Assembly: GCA_038087875.1 (NCBI GenBank)
Contig: JAXLNO010000252.1
Span: 310,001-374,000 of the forward strand
Direction: 5' to 3'
Length of the DNA stretch: 64,000 bases
From: Malacoraja senta
Taxonomy: Eukaryota
Of the stretch, positions 40,828 to 53,732 are shown piece after piece. Every line of letters starts with the position of its first letter. Within the stretch, counting starts at the first letter, position 1. The translations under genes were made by a program, and so were the position numbers. A model generated the notes under the pieces. It was given only the letters and a program-made list of their open reading frames with translations, did no database searches and was not told the DNA's origin.

Positions 40828-40881
40828 CTGAGGATAGACAAGGAGAGGGTTAGACAGTGCAGTCCTCCAGACGGCTAGACA

Positions 40882-41417
40882 TGGGGTCGCCAACGTACCC
40901 GCTCCCGAATAAGGGACAAAAGGCCCAAAATACGGGACAAATTCCCCACGGCAACCCGTTGACCGACTGGGCCGTGTCTGGGTGAATGATGAGTTGGCCC
41001 CGGGTGCTGGACTGCAGACAAAGCCCAGCCGGTGGGCCAGCTGAGGAGTTTTGGCCCGGGGGGCCGCCCGCACAGTCCGGCACCCCGTCCAACTCATGAA
41101 CCGATGATCGGCCACGAGAAGGAGGGGGGGTGGTGGTGTCGGTGGTCAGCGAAGGTCCGAAGGTCGGACTGACAACTGGCCGGGCTGCCGACCGACCGAC
41201 CAACGGGGCCACGGGCGAGGCGCTGATGCTGCTGCTGCTGCACTCCACGGGCTTCACTTCGTCGGGACGGGTGAGGCGGGGTCCGGACCCCGACACTCCC
41301 CTCGACCCGAGTGGCAGCGGTCAAATACGGGACAAGGCCGGTCCCGTACGGGACAAACCAATTCAGAGGCCAATATACGGGATGTCCCGGCTAATACCGT
41401 TACAGTCGGCAACACTA
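40882..41417. mobile_element. Non-autonomous hAT-like DNA transposon (MITE)
   Basis: TIRs TGGGGTCGCCAAC / GTCGGCAACACTA; 8-bp TSD GCTAGACA/GCTGGACA; subterminal ACGGGACAA repeats. Confidence 0.85.
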
Positions 41418-41471
41418 GCTGGACAGGGAGATGAAATAACATTGTATGCCAAAACCAACAAGCAGTTAATG

Positions 41472-42130
41472 TGGTGAAGAAAGCCAATGGCCTGTTGGCC
41501 TTCATAACAAGAGGAATCAAATATAGGAGCAAAGAGGTCCTTCTGCTGTTGTACAGGGCCCTGGTGAGACCACACCTGGAGTATTGTGTGCAGTTTTGGT
41601 CCCCTAATTTGAGGAAGGACATTCTTGCTATTGAGGGAGTGCAGCGTAGGTTCACCAGGTTAATTCCCGGGATGGCGGGACTGTCATATGCTGAGAGAAT
41701 GGAGCGGCTGGGCTTGTACACTCTGGAGTTTAGAAGGATGAGAGGGTATCTTATTGAAACATATAAGATTGTTAAGGGTTTGGACACGCTAGAGGCAGGA
41801 AACATGTTTCCGATGTTGGGGGAGTCCAGAACCAGGGGCCACACAGTTTAAGAATAAGGGGTAAGCCATTTAGATCGGAGACGAGGAAACACTTTTTCTC
41901 ACAGAGAGTGGTGAGTCTGTGGAATTCTCTGCCTCAGAGGGCGGTGGAGGCCGGTTCTCTGGATGCTTTCAAGACAGAGTTAGATAGAGCTCTTAAAGAT
42001 AGCGGAGTCAGGGGATATGGGGAGAAGGCAGGAACGGGGTACTGACTGTGGATGATCAGCCATGATCACATTGAATGGCGGTGCTGGCTCGAAGGGCCAA
42101 ATGGCCTACTCCTGCACCTATTGTCTATTG
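41472..42130 (+). mobile_element. CR1 LINE 3' fragment
   Basis: RT C-terminal ORF plus tail. Confidence 0.9.
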
Positions 42131-42240
42131 ATAGCGATTTCCGTGCCTGCCAGGCGCGGCCTCACCAACGTTGTGTACAACCACGACGTGACCTCCGAAC
42201 TCCCCTACTCGATGCCCCGAACATCTGGCAGGTTTCTTAC

Positions 42241-42314
42241 CCACGATGCCCACCACCATGTAGCCCAGGATGAAGACCAAGAAGAGGATGCAGCAGATAA
42301 TGTCCGTGCAGCTT
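42241..42314 (-). CDS. SLC44A4: SLC44A4 exon 3 (SCTDIICCILFLVFILGYMVVGIV, TM1)
   Basis: TAG acceptor, GTAAG donor, 74 nt; RSCTD..CC family motif. Confidence 0.96.
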
Positions 42315-42360
42315 CTAGAGAGAGACAGAGAGAGAGAGAGATGGAGGCATTATCCGTGTG

Positions 42361-43149
42361 CGGAGGTGGCGTCGAAGGACGAGAAGCCGAAGCAAAGAAG
42401 TGGAAGCCAAATAGCCGAATGGAAACAAAGCCGAAATACCGACGAACTGAAAGGGCAGGACGCCAAAAAGCCAACCAACAGAAAGGCTGCGTCGCCTAAA
42501 GCCACTCACCAAATAGCCGCTCTACCGAAACGCCACCGAACCGAAAGGCTGCATCGCCTACAAGCCAACTAACAGAAAGGCTGCATCGCCTACAAGCCAA
42601 CTAACAGAAAGGCTGCATCGCCTACAAGCCAACTAACCGAATGCCATTTTGTCGAAAAGTCAACTAATGGCTTGTGTGGGAAAATGACCCCCACCCTCCC
42701 GTCTCCACCGGCCAGTGATGTGATGGATGCGGGGGTCTGGAACAATCGTCGACAAGTCCTGCCCCCCGCCTGACGATGTCATGTCCGGTATTTGACTTTT
42801 TGGCAAATAGGTTGGTTTGTAGGCGACTCAGCCTTCAAGTTTGGTGGCGTTTCGACAGAGCTGCCATTCGGTGAGTTTGCTTTTAGGCGACGCAGCCTTT
42901 CTGTTAGTTTGCTTTTAGGCGATGCCGCCTTTCTGTTAGTTGGCTTTTAGGCGACGCAGCCTTTCTGTTAGTTGGCTTTTAGGCGACGCTGCCTTTCTGT
43001 TAGTTGGCTTTTAGGCGACGCATCCTTTCTGTTAGTTGGCTTTTCCGCGTCCCACCCTTTCGGTTATTTAGCGTTTCGGCTTTGTTTCCATTCGGTTATT
43101 TGGCTTTGACTTTTTTGATTCAGCTTCTCGTCCGTCGACGCCACATCCG
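42361..43149. mobile_element. Foldback-type element with ~300-bp imperfect inverted arms and internal ~31-bp subrepeats
   Basis: The left end CGGAGGTGGCGTCGAAGGACGAGAAGC is nearly the reverse complement of the right end GCTTCTCGTCCGTCGACGCCACATCCG. Confidence 0.85.
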
Positions 43150-43334
43150 GGTACCGCCATTATCGCCGGCCTAACGCAGACCCTGGGCACCCTGACTGGA
43201 GACGATGTGGGGGGGGGGGGCTTCTCCTCTCTCCACCATGGTCATAGTCTCCTCCAAACCCCCCACCTCTGAGACCTGCCTCCTTGCCAACTGGCTGGGG
43301 CTCCGCAAACCAATGTTTCACCCAAGGAAGTCCC

Positions 43335-43690
43335 ACCGTAGACTCAACTCCCCCTCCCAATCCCAATCCCATTCCCAATCTGACCTTCCTGTCCTGGGCC
43401 TCGTCCATGGCCAGAGTGAGTCCCAGCACAAATTGGAGGAGCAGCACCTCATATTTCACTTGGGTTGTTTACACCCCAGCGGTATGAACATTGACTTCTC
43501 TAATTTCAGGTCGTCCTTGCTTTCTCCCTCCTTCCCCTCCCCTTCCCAGCTCTCCCACAGCCCACTGTCTCCTCCTCTTCCTTTCTTCTTCCCGCCCCCA
43601 CATCAGTCTGACCCCAAAACGTCGCCTATTCCCTTCGCTCCATGGAAGCTGCCTCACCCGCTGAGTTTCTCCAGTGTTTTTGTCTACCTT
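43335..43690 (+). mobile_element. Penelope-like element 3' remnant (GIY-YIG C-terminus plus terminal repeat with a deleted ribozyme core)
   Basis: HKLEEQHLIFHLGCLHPSGMNIDFSNF, then GTCTGA..AAACGTCG...CCCGCTGAGTTTCTCCAG. Confidence 0.78.
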
Positions 43691-44538
43691 TAATCAAGGA
43701 ACGTTCTTCCTTCCACACCACGAGATCTCCAAACCAAAGTCACCGCACACAGGGACCTCCTCCCCAACTGGCAAAGATCTCCAAACCAATCTTCAACCAC
43801 GGACCTTCTCTCCCCCCTCATTAACAGATGATCTCCAAACCTAAGCCACCCTAAAGTGGGACCACCCTCTCCTCCCTCCCTCCAATAGACAATAGACAAC
43901 AGGTGCAGGAGTAGGCCTTTCGGCCCTTCCAGCCAGCACCGCCATTCAATGTGATCATGGCTGATCATCCCCAATCAGTACCCCGTTCCTGCCTTCTCCC
44001 CATATCCCCTGACTCCACTATCTTTAAGAGCTCTATCTAGCTCTCTCTTGAAAGCATCCAGAGAACCTGCCTCCACCGCCCTCTGAGGCAGAGAATTCCA
44101 CAGACTCACCACTCTCTGTGGGAAAAAGTGTTTCCTCGTCTCCGTTCTAAATGGCTTACCCCTTATTCTTAAACTGTGTGGCCCCTGGTTCTGGACTCCC
44201 CCAACATCGGGAACATGTTTCCTGCCTCTAGCGTGTCCAAGCCCTTAACAACTCCAGACAGGGGTTTCAAGCCACGGACCCTCTCTCCTTCCCTGCCTCA
44301 CCCAACGGGGGATCTCCAAACCAAAGCCCCTCCACCCCACACCCTTCCCCCTCCCCACACACCCATGTCCCTCCTTGCCATTTCACCCCGCCTGGCATGA
44401 CCCCCCCCCCCTCAAACCACCCCCCGCACTCCCACCCAACGCCCCCCTACCCCCACCTCCCCATCCCACCTGCACCCCCCTCCACCCCCAGCCCCCCCCC
44501 CCCACCACCGCCTCTCCCCCCGCTAGCCCCAGCCTTAC

Positions 44539-44587
44539 CTGTTCGTGATGGGTCCATTAAACTTAGCGTCATATTGAGAGGGTGTAC
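44539..44587 (-). CDS. SLC44A4: SLC44A4 exon 2 (GTPSQYDAKFNGPITNR)
   Basis: CAG acceptor, GTAAG donor, 49 nt; G.P..YD..F.GPI.NR motif. Confidence 0.93.
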
Positions 44588-44717
44588 CTGGAACAGAGAG
44601 ACCAGGAGGGTGAGCGCATGGGGGGTGAGAACAAGGGGGGGGGTGCAGGACACGGGGCAAGTGAGAGAACATCACCCACAGTCAAGAATTCCTCACAACC
44701 ACATCAACCCACTGTCT

Positions 44718-45405
44718 GAAAGTAAGCATGCAGGTACAGCAGGCATTGAAGAAAGCCAATGGCATGTCGGCCTTCATAACAAGAGGAGTTGAGTATAGGA
44801 GCAAAGATGTCCTTCTGCAGTTGTACAGGGCCCTAGTGAGACCACACCTGGACTATTGTGTGCAGTTTTGGTCTCCAAATTTGAGGAAGGACATTCTTGC
44901 TATCAAGGGAGTGCAGCCTAGGTTCACCAGGTTAATTCCCGGGATGGCGGGATTGTCATATGCTGAGAGAATGGAGCGGCTGGGCTTGTATACTCTGGAG
45001 TTTAGAAGGATGAGAGGTGATCTCATTGAAACATATAAGATTATTAAGGGTTTGGAGACGCTAGAGGCAGGAAACATGTTCCCGATGTTGGGGGAGTCCA
45101 GAACCAGGGGCCACAGTTGAAGAATAAGGGGTTGGCCATTCAGAACGGACATGAGGAAACATTTTTACACCCAGAGAGTTGTGAGTCTGTGGAATTCTCT
45201 GCCTCAGAGGGCGGCGGGGGCCGGTTCTCTGGATACTTTCAAGAGAGAGCTAGATAGGGCTCTTAAAGATAGCGGAGTCAGGGGATATGGGGAGAAGGCA
45301 GGAACGGGGTGCTGATTGGGGATGATCAGCCATGATCACATTGAATGGCGGTGCTGGCTCGAAGGGCCGAATGGCCTACTCCTGCAACTATGGTCTATTG
45401 TCTAT
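44718..45405 (+). mobile_element. CR1 LINE 3' fragment
   Basis: RT C-terminal ORF plus tail. Confidence 0.9.
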
Positions 45406-46041
45406 CGCTGGTCGGTGCGGACTCGGTGGGCTGAAGGGCCCGTTTCAACGCTGTAATTCCAACACTAATTCCCTGGGCCAAACATGGGCAGGTGGAACCA
45501 GTGTAGATGGGGCATGTTGGTTGGCATGGCCAACCGAAACAGTCCAGGAGGCAAGGGGAACAACAGAAGGGACACCATTCAACCCTGTCATTAACGCAGG
45601 AGGAAATGCCATCAGACCGGTAAGTCCACAATGGCCCACACGTCACCATCTACACAACACTGTCGGAGTCCGTTAATTAACTGGAAGTCAAGTACAAGAA
45701 CCACACAACAAGTTGTTCCCCTATTGAAGTTCAATCTCAGTTTCCCAAAGGCACGCAGGATTATAGTTCATAAACTCAATAGACAACCGGTGCAGGAGTA
45801 GGCCATTAAGCCCTTTGAACCAGCATTAGAATTACAGCATTCACTATGATCATGGCTGATCATCCCCAATCAGTACCCCGTTCCTGCCTTCTCCCCATAT
45901 CCCCTGACTCCGCAATCTTTAAAAGCCCTATCTTGCTCTCTCTTGAAAGTATCCAGAGAACCGGCCTCCACCGCCCTCTGAGGCAGAGAATTCCACAGAC
46001 TCACAACTCTCTGTGAGAAAAAGCGTTTCCTCGTCTCCGTT

Positions 46042-46460
46042 CGATCCAATCAGCAGAGAAGATTATTGGCTGCAACCTTCCCTCCATTGATGAACTGTAC
46101 AATGCAAGGGCCAGGAAGCGAGTGGGCAAGATCATCTCTGACCCCTCTCACCCTGGCCACAAACTCTTTGAATCACTTCCCTCTGGAAGGCGACTCCGGA
46201 CTGTCAAAGCTGCCACAGCCAGACATAAAAACAGTTTTTATCCACGAGTAGTTGCTCTACTCAATAACCCAAAATCTGTAGCCTCCCTTTGATCTGGTAT
46301 TTTGTTGGTTCACATGCTTGATCAATGGTGTTTTATCATTAATGTTTAGTGTTTTCTGACTCATTCGTAACTGTCACTGTATGTCATGTTGTTACTTGTG
46401 GGCGGAGCACCAAGGCAAATTCCCTGTATGTGAATACTTGGCCAATAAACTTACTTACTT
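46042..46460 (+). mobile_element. Rex1/Babar-like LINE 3' end inserted into a minus-strand CR1
   Basis: Frame reads SAEKIIGCNLPSIDELY...DPSHPGH..F..LPSGRR...NSFYP; AATAAA and (CTTA)n tail. Confidence 0.78.
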
Positions 46461-47299
46461 CTAAATGGCTTACCCCTTATTCATAAACTGTGGCCCCTGG
46501 TTCCGGACTCCCCCAACATCGGGAACATGTTTCCTGCCTCTAGCGTGTCCAAACCCTTAATAATCTTATATGTTTCAATACGATCTCCTGTCATCCTTCT
46601 AAACTCCAGAGTATACAAGCCCAGCCGCTCCATTCTCTCAGCATAGGACAGTCCCGCCATCCCGGGAATTAACCTGGTGAACCTACGCTGCACTCCCTCA
46701 ATAGCAAGAATGTCCTTCCTCAAATTTGGAGACCAAAACTGCACACAATACTCCAGGTGTGGTCTCACTAGGGCCCTGTACAACTGCAGAAGGACCTCTT
46801 TGCTTTTAAGTGATTAAAGCAGAATTGGCCCATTCGGCCCATCAAGTTTAGTCTGCCATTTAATCACGGCTGATCTATCTCTCCCTCCTATCCCATTTCT
46901 CCTACCTTCTCCCCATAACCCCTGACACCTGCACTAATCAAGAATTAAAAATACCCACTGACTTGGCCTCCACAGCCGTCTGTGCCAATAAAACTCCACA
47001 GATTCACCACCATCTGACTGGACAATAGACAGTAGGTGCAGGAGTAGACCATTCGGCCCTTCGAGCCAGCACCGCCATTCACTGTGATCATGGCTGATCA
47101 TCCCCAATCAGTACCCCGTTCCTGCCTTCTCCCCATATCCCCTATGTGTCTGTACGGAGTTTGTACCTTCTCCCCGTGACCTGCGTGGGTTTTCTCCGGG
47201 TGCTCCGGTTTCCTCCCACACTCCAAAGACGTGCAGGTTTGCAGGTTAATTGTGAATTGTGAATTTTTCGGGCACCGGAAAAAGGGACCACATCCCCCC

Positions 47300-47780
47300 C
47301 CCCGATCCTGGCCTCTCTCCACTGGCTCCCGGTGCGGTTCCGTGTAAACTTCAAGATCCTCCTCCATGTCTACAAAGCCCTCAATGGGCTTGCCCCCACC
47401 TACATAAAACGTCTTCTCACCCACCACTCCACCTCCAGGCCCCTCAGATCGGCCGACTTGGGGTTGCTGAATATCCCACGGTCTTGGCATAAGCTCAGGG
47501 GCGACCGGGCCTTTGTGGTTGCAGCCCCTAGACTGTGGAACAGCATCCCCCTTCCCATCAGAACTGCCCCCTCCATCGACTCCTTTAAGTCAAGACATAA
47601 AACTCATCTCTACTCCCAAGCCTTTCTTGACGTCCTCTGAGTGAGGGCTATATGTATGTATGTATGTATGTATTTAATCTATGAACCACTCTTGTATAAC
47701 ATTAGTATCTCCACCAATGTAAAGCATTTTGGCCAACGAGAGTTGGTTTTTAAACGTGCTATGGAAATAAAAGTGACGAC
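47300..47780 (+). mobile_element. L2-clade LINE 3' end
   Basis: LHWLPV.FR..FKILL.VYKALNGLAP.Y...GDRAF...APRLWNS.P motif. Confidence 0.88.
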
Positions 47781-48965
47781 TAGACTCTAGTGTGTAGGAT
47801 AGGGCTAGTCTAAGGCGTTGTCGATGGTCAGCATGGATTCGGTGGGCCGAAGGGCCTTTTCCACGCTGTACCTCTACACTAAATAACGTTAAAGTGCAGT
47901 ACGACTCTGTGACTGTGACTGCCTACTTACAGGTGGCTCAAAAGGTTATAAGGTCATAAGTGACAGGAGCAGAATTAGGCCATTCGGCCCATCATGTCTA
48001 CTCCGCCATTCAAACATGGCTGATCTATCTCTCCCTCCCAACCTCATTCTCCTGCCTTCTCCCCGTAACCCCTGACACCCGTCCTAATTGTTAAGGGTTT
48101 GGACACGCTAGAGGCAGGAAACATGTTCCCAATGTTGGGGGAGTCCAGAACCAGGGGCCATACAGTTTAAGAATAAGGGGTAAGCCATTTAGAACGGAGA
48201 CGAGGAAACACTTTTTCTCACAGAGAGTTGTGAGTCTGTGGAATTCTCTGCCTCAGAGGGCGGTGGAGGCCAGTTCTCTGGATACTTTCAAGAGAGAGCT
48301 GGATAGGGCTCTTAAAGATAGCGGAGTCAGGGGATATGGGGAGAAGGCAGGAACGGGGTACTGATTGGGGATGATCAGCCATGATCACATTGAATGGCGG
48401 TGCTGGCTCGAAGGGCTGAATGGCCTACTCCTGCACCTATTGTCTATTCTCTAATCAAGAATCTATCTATCTCTGCCTTAAATATATCCACTGACTTGGG
48501 ACCTCCACAGCTGTCTGTGGCAAAGAATCCCACAGATTCACCACCCTCTCACTCAAGAAATTCCTCCTCATCTCCTTCCTAAAGAGGCGTCCTTTAATTC
48601 TGAGGCTGTGACCTCTAGTCCTAGACTCTCCCACTGGTGGAAACATCCTCTCCACATCCACTCTATCCCAGCCACCACAGTGGTCTGTGTGCAATTAATT
48701 CAACAGATTCACCACCCTCTGGCTCAAGAAGAGTTTCCAGTCGGGGGCCTTCCTCAGCAGTAGTTATTGATGGTGTCCTGCCTAAAATCGGAGAGTCAAC
48801 GATCACACCACTGGTTTACCCCAGAGAGAGGTTTACAGGGATCACCAAAACACTTGTGAGCGCAAATAATTCTTGTGAGCAACAGGCAGGTCACTAGAGA
48901 GTTGGATTACCCCGCGGGGACGGGTGGGTCCTGAGAGAGTCATTCATCCCCCCCCCCCCCCCCCG

Positions 48966-49370
48966 GCACTCTGTGAAACGTCACCTATCCATGTTCTCCA
49001 CAGATGCTGCCTGACCCGCTGAGTTACTCCAGCACTCTGTGAAACGTCACCTATCCATGTTCTCCACAGATGCTGCCTGACCCGCTGAGTTACTCCAGCA
49101 CTCTGTGAAACGTCACCTATCCATGTTCTCCACAGATGCTGCCTGTCCCGCTGAGTTACTCCAGCACTCTGTGAAACGTCACCTATCCATGTTCCCCACA
49201 GATGCTGCCTGACCCGCTGAGTTACTCCAGCACTCTGTGAAACGTCACCTATCCATGTTCTCCACAGATGCTGCCTGACCCGCTGAGTTACTCCAGCACT
49301 CTGTGAAACGTCACCTATCCATGTTCTCCACAGATGCTGCCTGACCCGCTGAGTTACTCCAGCACTGTGT
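48966..49370 (+). repeat. About 6 tandem 64-bp Penelope-derived units
   Basis: CACTCTGTGAAACGTCACCTATCC...GTTACTCCAG repeated. Confidence 0.92.
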
Positions 49371-51015
49371 GTCACGGTTCAGGAGCAGCTTCTTCCCAGC
49401 ATCCATCAGGCTTTTGAAGACTGGACAACACTAACCTCAGCAACTGAGATCTTCTACGGACTGTGTCTCTGCTTCCACTACGGACTTCAGTTTTACCTCA
49501 TTGTGGACCAGGCGCGGGCTAATGGGACTAGCCTAGTTGGGGCACGTTGGGCCGAAGGGCCTATTACCTTGCAGACTGATCTAGTTTAGTTCAGTGTAGT
49601 TCAGAGATACCGTGCAGAAACAGGCCCTTCGGCCCACCAAGTCCGGGCTGGCCAGCGATCTCCACACACGAGGGAACATTGACTATTTTACCGAAGCCAA
49701 TTCACCTATAAACCTGTACGTCTTTGGAGTGTGGGAGGAAACCGGAGCACCCAGAGAAAACCCACGCAGGTCACGGGGAGAACGTTCAAACTCCGTACAG
49801 ACAGTCAGGGGATATGGGGGAGAAGGCAGGAACGGGGCACTGATTGGGGACGATCAGCCATGATCACATTGATTGGCTGGAAGGGCCGAATGGCCTACTC
49901 CTGCACCTGTGGTCTACTGTCGACTGTCTTGCTGCTGAGTGGATAGCATGCAACTAAAGCTTTTCGTTGTAACTGGGTCCACGTGACAAGGAACTGCACT
50001 GTTGTCAACTCATTGGACTGCTACCATATTTCACCTTTCCCTGTAGGGCTCGTGATAAAATCACATGTTGACGGTGCATGTCACAGCTAAACACTTGACT
50101 CCTGGATTATTGTTACAAGGAGTGGTGTTTAAAAATTAATGGTGACAAATCCAGTACTGTGTTACCCTGGGCATCCAGCCAACAGGCAATAGGTGCAGGA
50201 GTAGACCATTCGGCCCTTCCAGCCAGCACCGCCATTCAATGTGATCATGGCTGATCATCCCCAATCAGTACCCCATTCCTGCCTTCTCCCCATATCCCCT
50301 GACTCCGCTATCTATAAGAGCCCTATCTAGCTCTCTCTTGAAAGCATCCAGAGAACCGGCCTCCACCTCCCTCTGAGGCAGAGAATTCCACAGACTCACC
50401 ACTCTCTGTGAGAAAAAGTGTTGCCTCGTCTCCGTTATAAATGGCTTACCCCTTATTCTTAAACTGTGGCCACTGGTTCTGGACTCCCCCAACATCGGGA
50501 ACATGTTTCCTGCCTCTAGCGTGTCCAAACCCTTAACAATCTTATACGTTTCAATAAGATAGCCTCTCATCCTTCTAAACTCCAGAGTGTACAAGCCCAG
50601 CTGCTCCATTCTCTCAGCATATGACAGTCCCGCCATCCCGGGAATTAACCTGGTGAACCTACGCTGCACTCCCTCAATAGCAAGAATGTCCTTCCTCAAA
50701 TTAGGGGACCAAAACTGCACACAATGCTCCAGGTGTGGTCTCACCAGGGTCACACGGGTCCTGGTTTTGTCACCATTATTTATTAAACGTAACCTCTCGG
50801 TAGTTGAGGGCTGTACAACAATATGAAACCAGCTGCTTTAGTTTTTGCTTCCTACTTCCTGCATTCCTGCCCACACTGGAAAACATTCACGCCTCTCTGA
50901 TCAAAAGGAATCTACCTCAGTCATAAAGAATGATGAAGGCTTGGCTTTGAACATTAGACAATTGTGGCCGACGGAACTCAATGGCATGCGTCGAGGGCAT
51001 GGTCAGGAGACTATT

Positions 51016-52300
51016 TGGCAGGCAGTGACTAGTGGGGTACCGCAAGGCTCGGTGCTGGGACCAGCAGTGACTAGTGGGGTACCGCAAGGCTCGGTGCTGG
51101 GACCAGCAGTGACTAGTGGGGTACCGCAAGGCTCGGTGCTGGGACCAGCAGTGACTAGTGGGGTACCGCAAGGCTCGGTGCTGGGACCAGCAGTGACTAG
51201 TGGGGTACCGCAAGGCTCGGTGCTGGGACCAGCAGTGACTAGTGGGGTACCGCAAGGCTCGGTGCTGGGACCAGCAGTGACTAGTGGGGTACCGCAAGGC
51301 TCGGTGCTGGGACCGCAGCTATTTACAATATACATCAATGATTTAGATGAAGGGATTCAAAGTAACATCAGCAAATTTGCAGATGACACAAAGCTGGGTG
51401 GCAGTGTGAACTATGAGGAGGATGCTATGAGAATGTAGGGTGACTTGGACAGGTGGGGGAGTGGGCAGATGCATGGCAGATGAAGTTTAATGTGGATAAA
51501 TGTGAGGTTATCCACTTTGGTGGCAAGAACAGGAAGGCAGATTATTAACTGAATGGTGTCAAGTTGGGAAAAGGGGAAGTACAACGGGATCTGGGGGTCC
51601 TTGTACATCAGTCTATGAAAGTAAGCATGCAGGTACAGCAGGCAGTGAAGAAAGCGAATGGCATGTTGGCCTTCATAACAAGAGGAATCGAATATAGGAG
51701 CAGAGAGGTCCTTCTGCAGTTGTACAGAGCCCTAGTGAGACCACACCTGGAGTATTGTGTGCAGTTCTGGTCTCCAAATTTGAGGAAGGACATTCTTGCT
51801 ATTGAGGGAGTGCAGCGTAGGTTTACAAGGTTAATTCCCGGGATGGCGGGACTGTCATATGCTGAGAGAATGGAGCGGCTGGGCTTGTATACTCTGGAGT
51901 TTAGAAGGATGAGAGGGCATCTTATTGAAACATATAAGATTATTAAGGGTTTGGACACGCTAGAGGCAGGAAACATGTTCCCGATGTTGGGGGAGTCCAG
52001 AACCAGGGGCCACACAGTTTAAGAATAAGGGGTAAGCCATTTAGAACAGAGACGAGGAAACACTTTTTCACCCAGAGAGTGGTGAGTCTGTGGAATTCTC
52101 TGCCTCAGAGGGCAGTGGAGGCCGGTTCTCTGGATACTTTCAAGAGAGAGTTAGATAGGGCTCTTAAAGATAGCGGAGTCAGGGGATATGGGGAGAAGGC
52201 AGGAACGGGGTACTTATTGGGGATGAAAAGTCATGATCACAGTGAATGGTGGTGCTGGCTCAAAGGGCCGAATGGCCTACTCCTGCACCTATTGTCTATT
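51016..52300 (+). mobile_element. CR1 LINE fragment starting with a 7x42-bp tandem of the RT PQG motif
   Basis: ([14 protein letters not shown])7 then [10 protein letters not shown]...FADDTK. Confidence 0.95.
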
Positions 52301-52625
52301 GTCTCCCCTTTCCAATCGGGCAAGAGGTACAGAAGTGTGAAAACGCACACCTCCAGATTCAGGGACAGTTTCTTCCCGGCTGTTATCAGGCAACTGAACC
52401 GTCCTCTCACCAACGGTCCTGACCTCCCCTCTACCTCTTTGGAGACCCTCGGACTATCTTTAATCGGACTTTACCTCGCACTAAACGTCATTCCCTTTAT
52501 CCTGTATGTGTACACTGTGGACGGCTCGATTGTAATCATGTATATTGTCTTTCCGCTGACTGGTTAGCTCGCAACAAGAAAGCCTTTCACTGTCCCTTGG
52601 TACACGGGACAATCAACTAAACTAA
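52300..52625 (+). mobile_element. Rex1-like LINE 3' end
   Basis: SGKRYRSVKTHTSRFRDSFFPAVIRQLN plus (CTAAA)n tail. Confidence 0.72.
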
Positions 52626-52629
52626 CTAA

Positions 52630-53732
52630 TGGGCCTGTCCCACTTAGGCGATTTTTCGGGGACTTCCGTCGACTGTCACAGTCAAAGCAGGTCGCTAAAA
52701 AAACGGTGACTGGACCCTAGCTCCCGACAACCGGCCACCCATTAGGACCCAACAAATTTAACATCCAAGCATATAAAAGCCTTGTGTGTCCACATGATGA
52801 ATACTGCTGCACCGTGTGGTGTCCTTACAATAGACAATAGGTGCAGGAGGAGGCCATTCGGCCCTTCGAGCCAGCACCGCCATTCATTGTGATCATGGCT
52901 GATCGTCCCCAATCAATAACCCGTGCCTGCCTTCTCCCCATACCCCTTGACTCCACTAGCCCCTAGAGCTCTATCTAACCATATATATAATAACCATATA
53001 ACCATAACAGCACGGAAACAGGCCATCTCGGCCCTTCAAGTCCGTGCCGAAGATTTTTTTTAATTTTTTTTAATTAAAAATAAATACTTCCCCCTAGTCC
53101 CATCTACCTGCACTCAGACCATAACCCTCCATTCCTTTCCCATCCATATACCCATCCGATCTATTTTTAACTCTCTCTTAAATCCATCCAGTGACTTGGC
53201 CTCCACTGCCCTCTGTGGCAGGGAATTCCACAAATTCACAACTCTCTGGGTGATTTTTTTTTTTCTCACCTCAGTCTTAAATGACCTCCCCTTTATTCTA
53301 AGACTGTGGCCCCTGGGTCTGGACTCGCCCAACATTGGGGACATTTTTCCTGCATCTAGCTTGTCCAGTCCTTTTATAATTTGATATGTTTCTATAAGAT
53401 CCCCCCTCATCCTTCTAAACTCTAGTGAATACAAGCCTAGTCTTAGCAATCTTTCCTCTTATGACAGTCCCGCCATCCCAGGGATCAATCTCGTGAATCT
53501 ACGCTGCACTGCCTCAATCACAAGGATGTCCTTCCTCAAATGTGGAGACCAAAACTGTACACAGTACTCCATATGTGGTCTCCTCCTGCACCTGTGGTCT
53601 ATTGATCACATTGAATGGCAGTGCTGGCTCGAAGGGCCGAATGGCCTTCTCCTGCACCTATTGTCTATTGACTCACGACCATACAGGTGACAGCTTAGTC
53701 GCCTAAAAAATCGCCTAATTGGGACAGGCCCT
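52630..53732. mobile_element. PIF/Harbinger-like MITE carrying nested CR1 fragments
   Basis: TIRs GGGCCTGTCCCACTTAGGCGATTTTT / AAAAAATCGCCTAATTGGGACAGGCCC; TAA on both flanks. Confidence 0.8.

Noticed and set aside
48966..49370. CRISPR-like regular repeats (also 51022-51315 and 37995-38380)
   Set aside because: Head-to-tail tandem units with no unique spacers, no cas genes, and vertebrate context.
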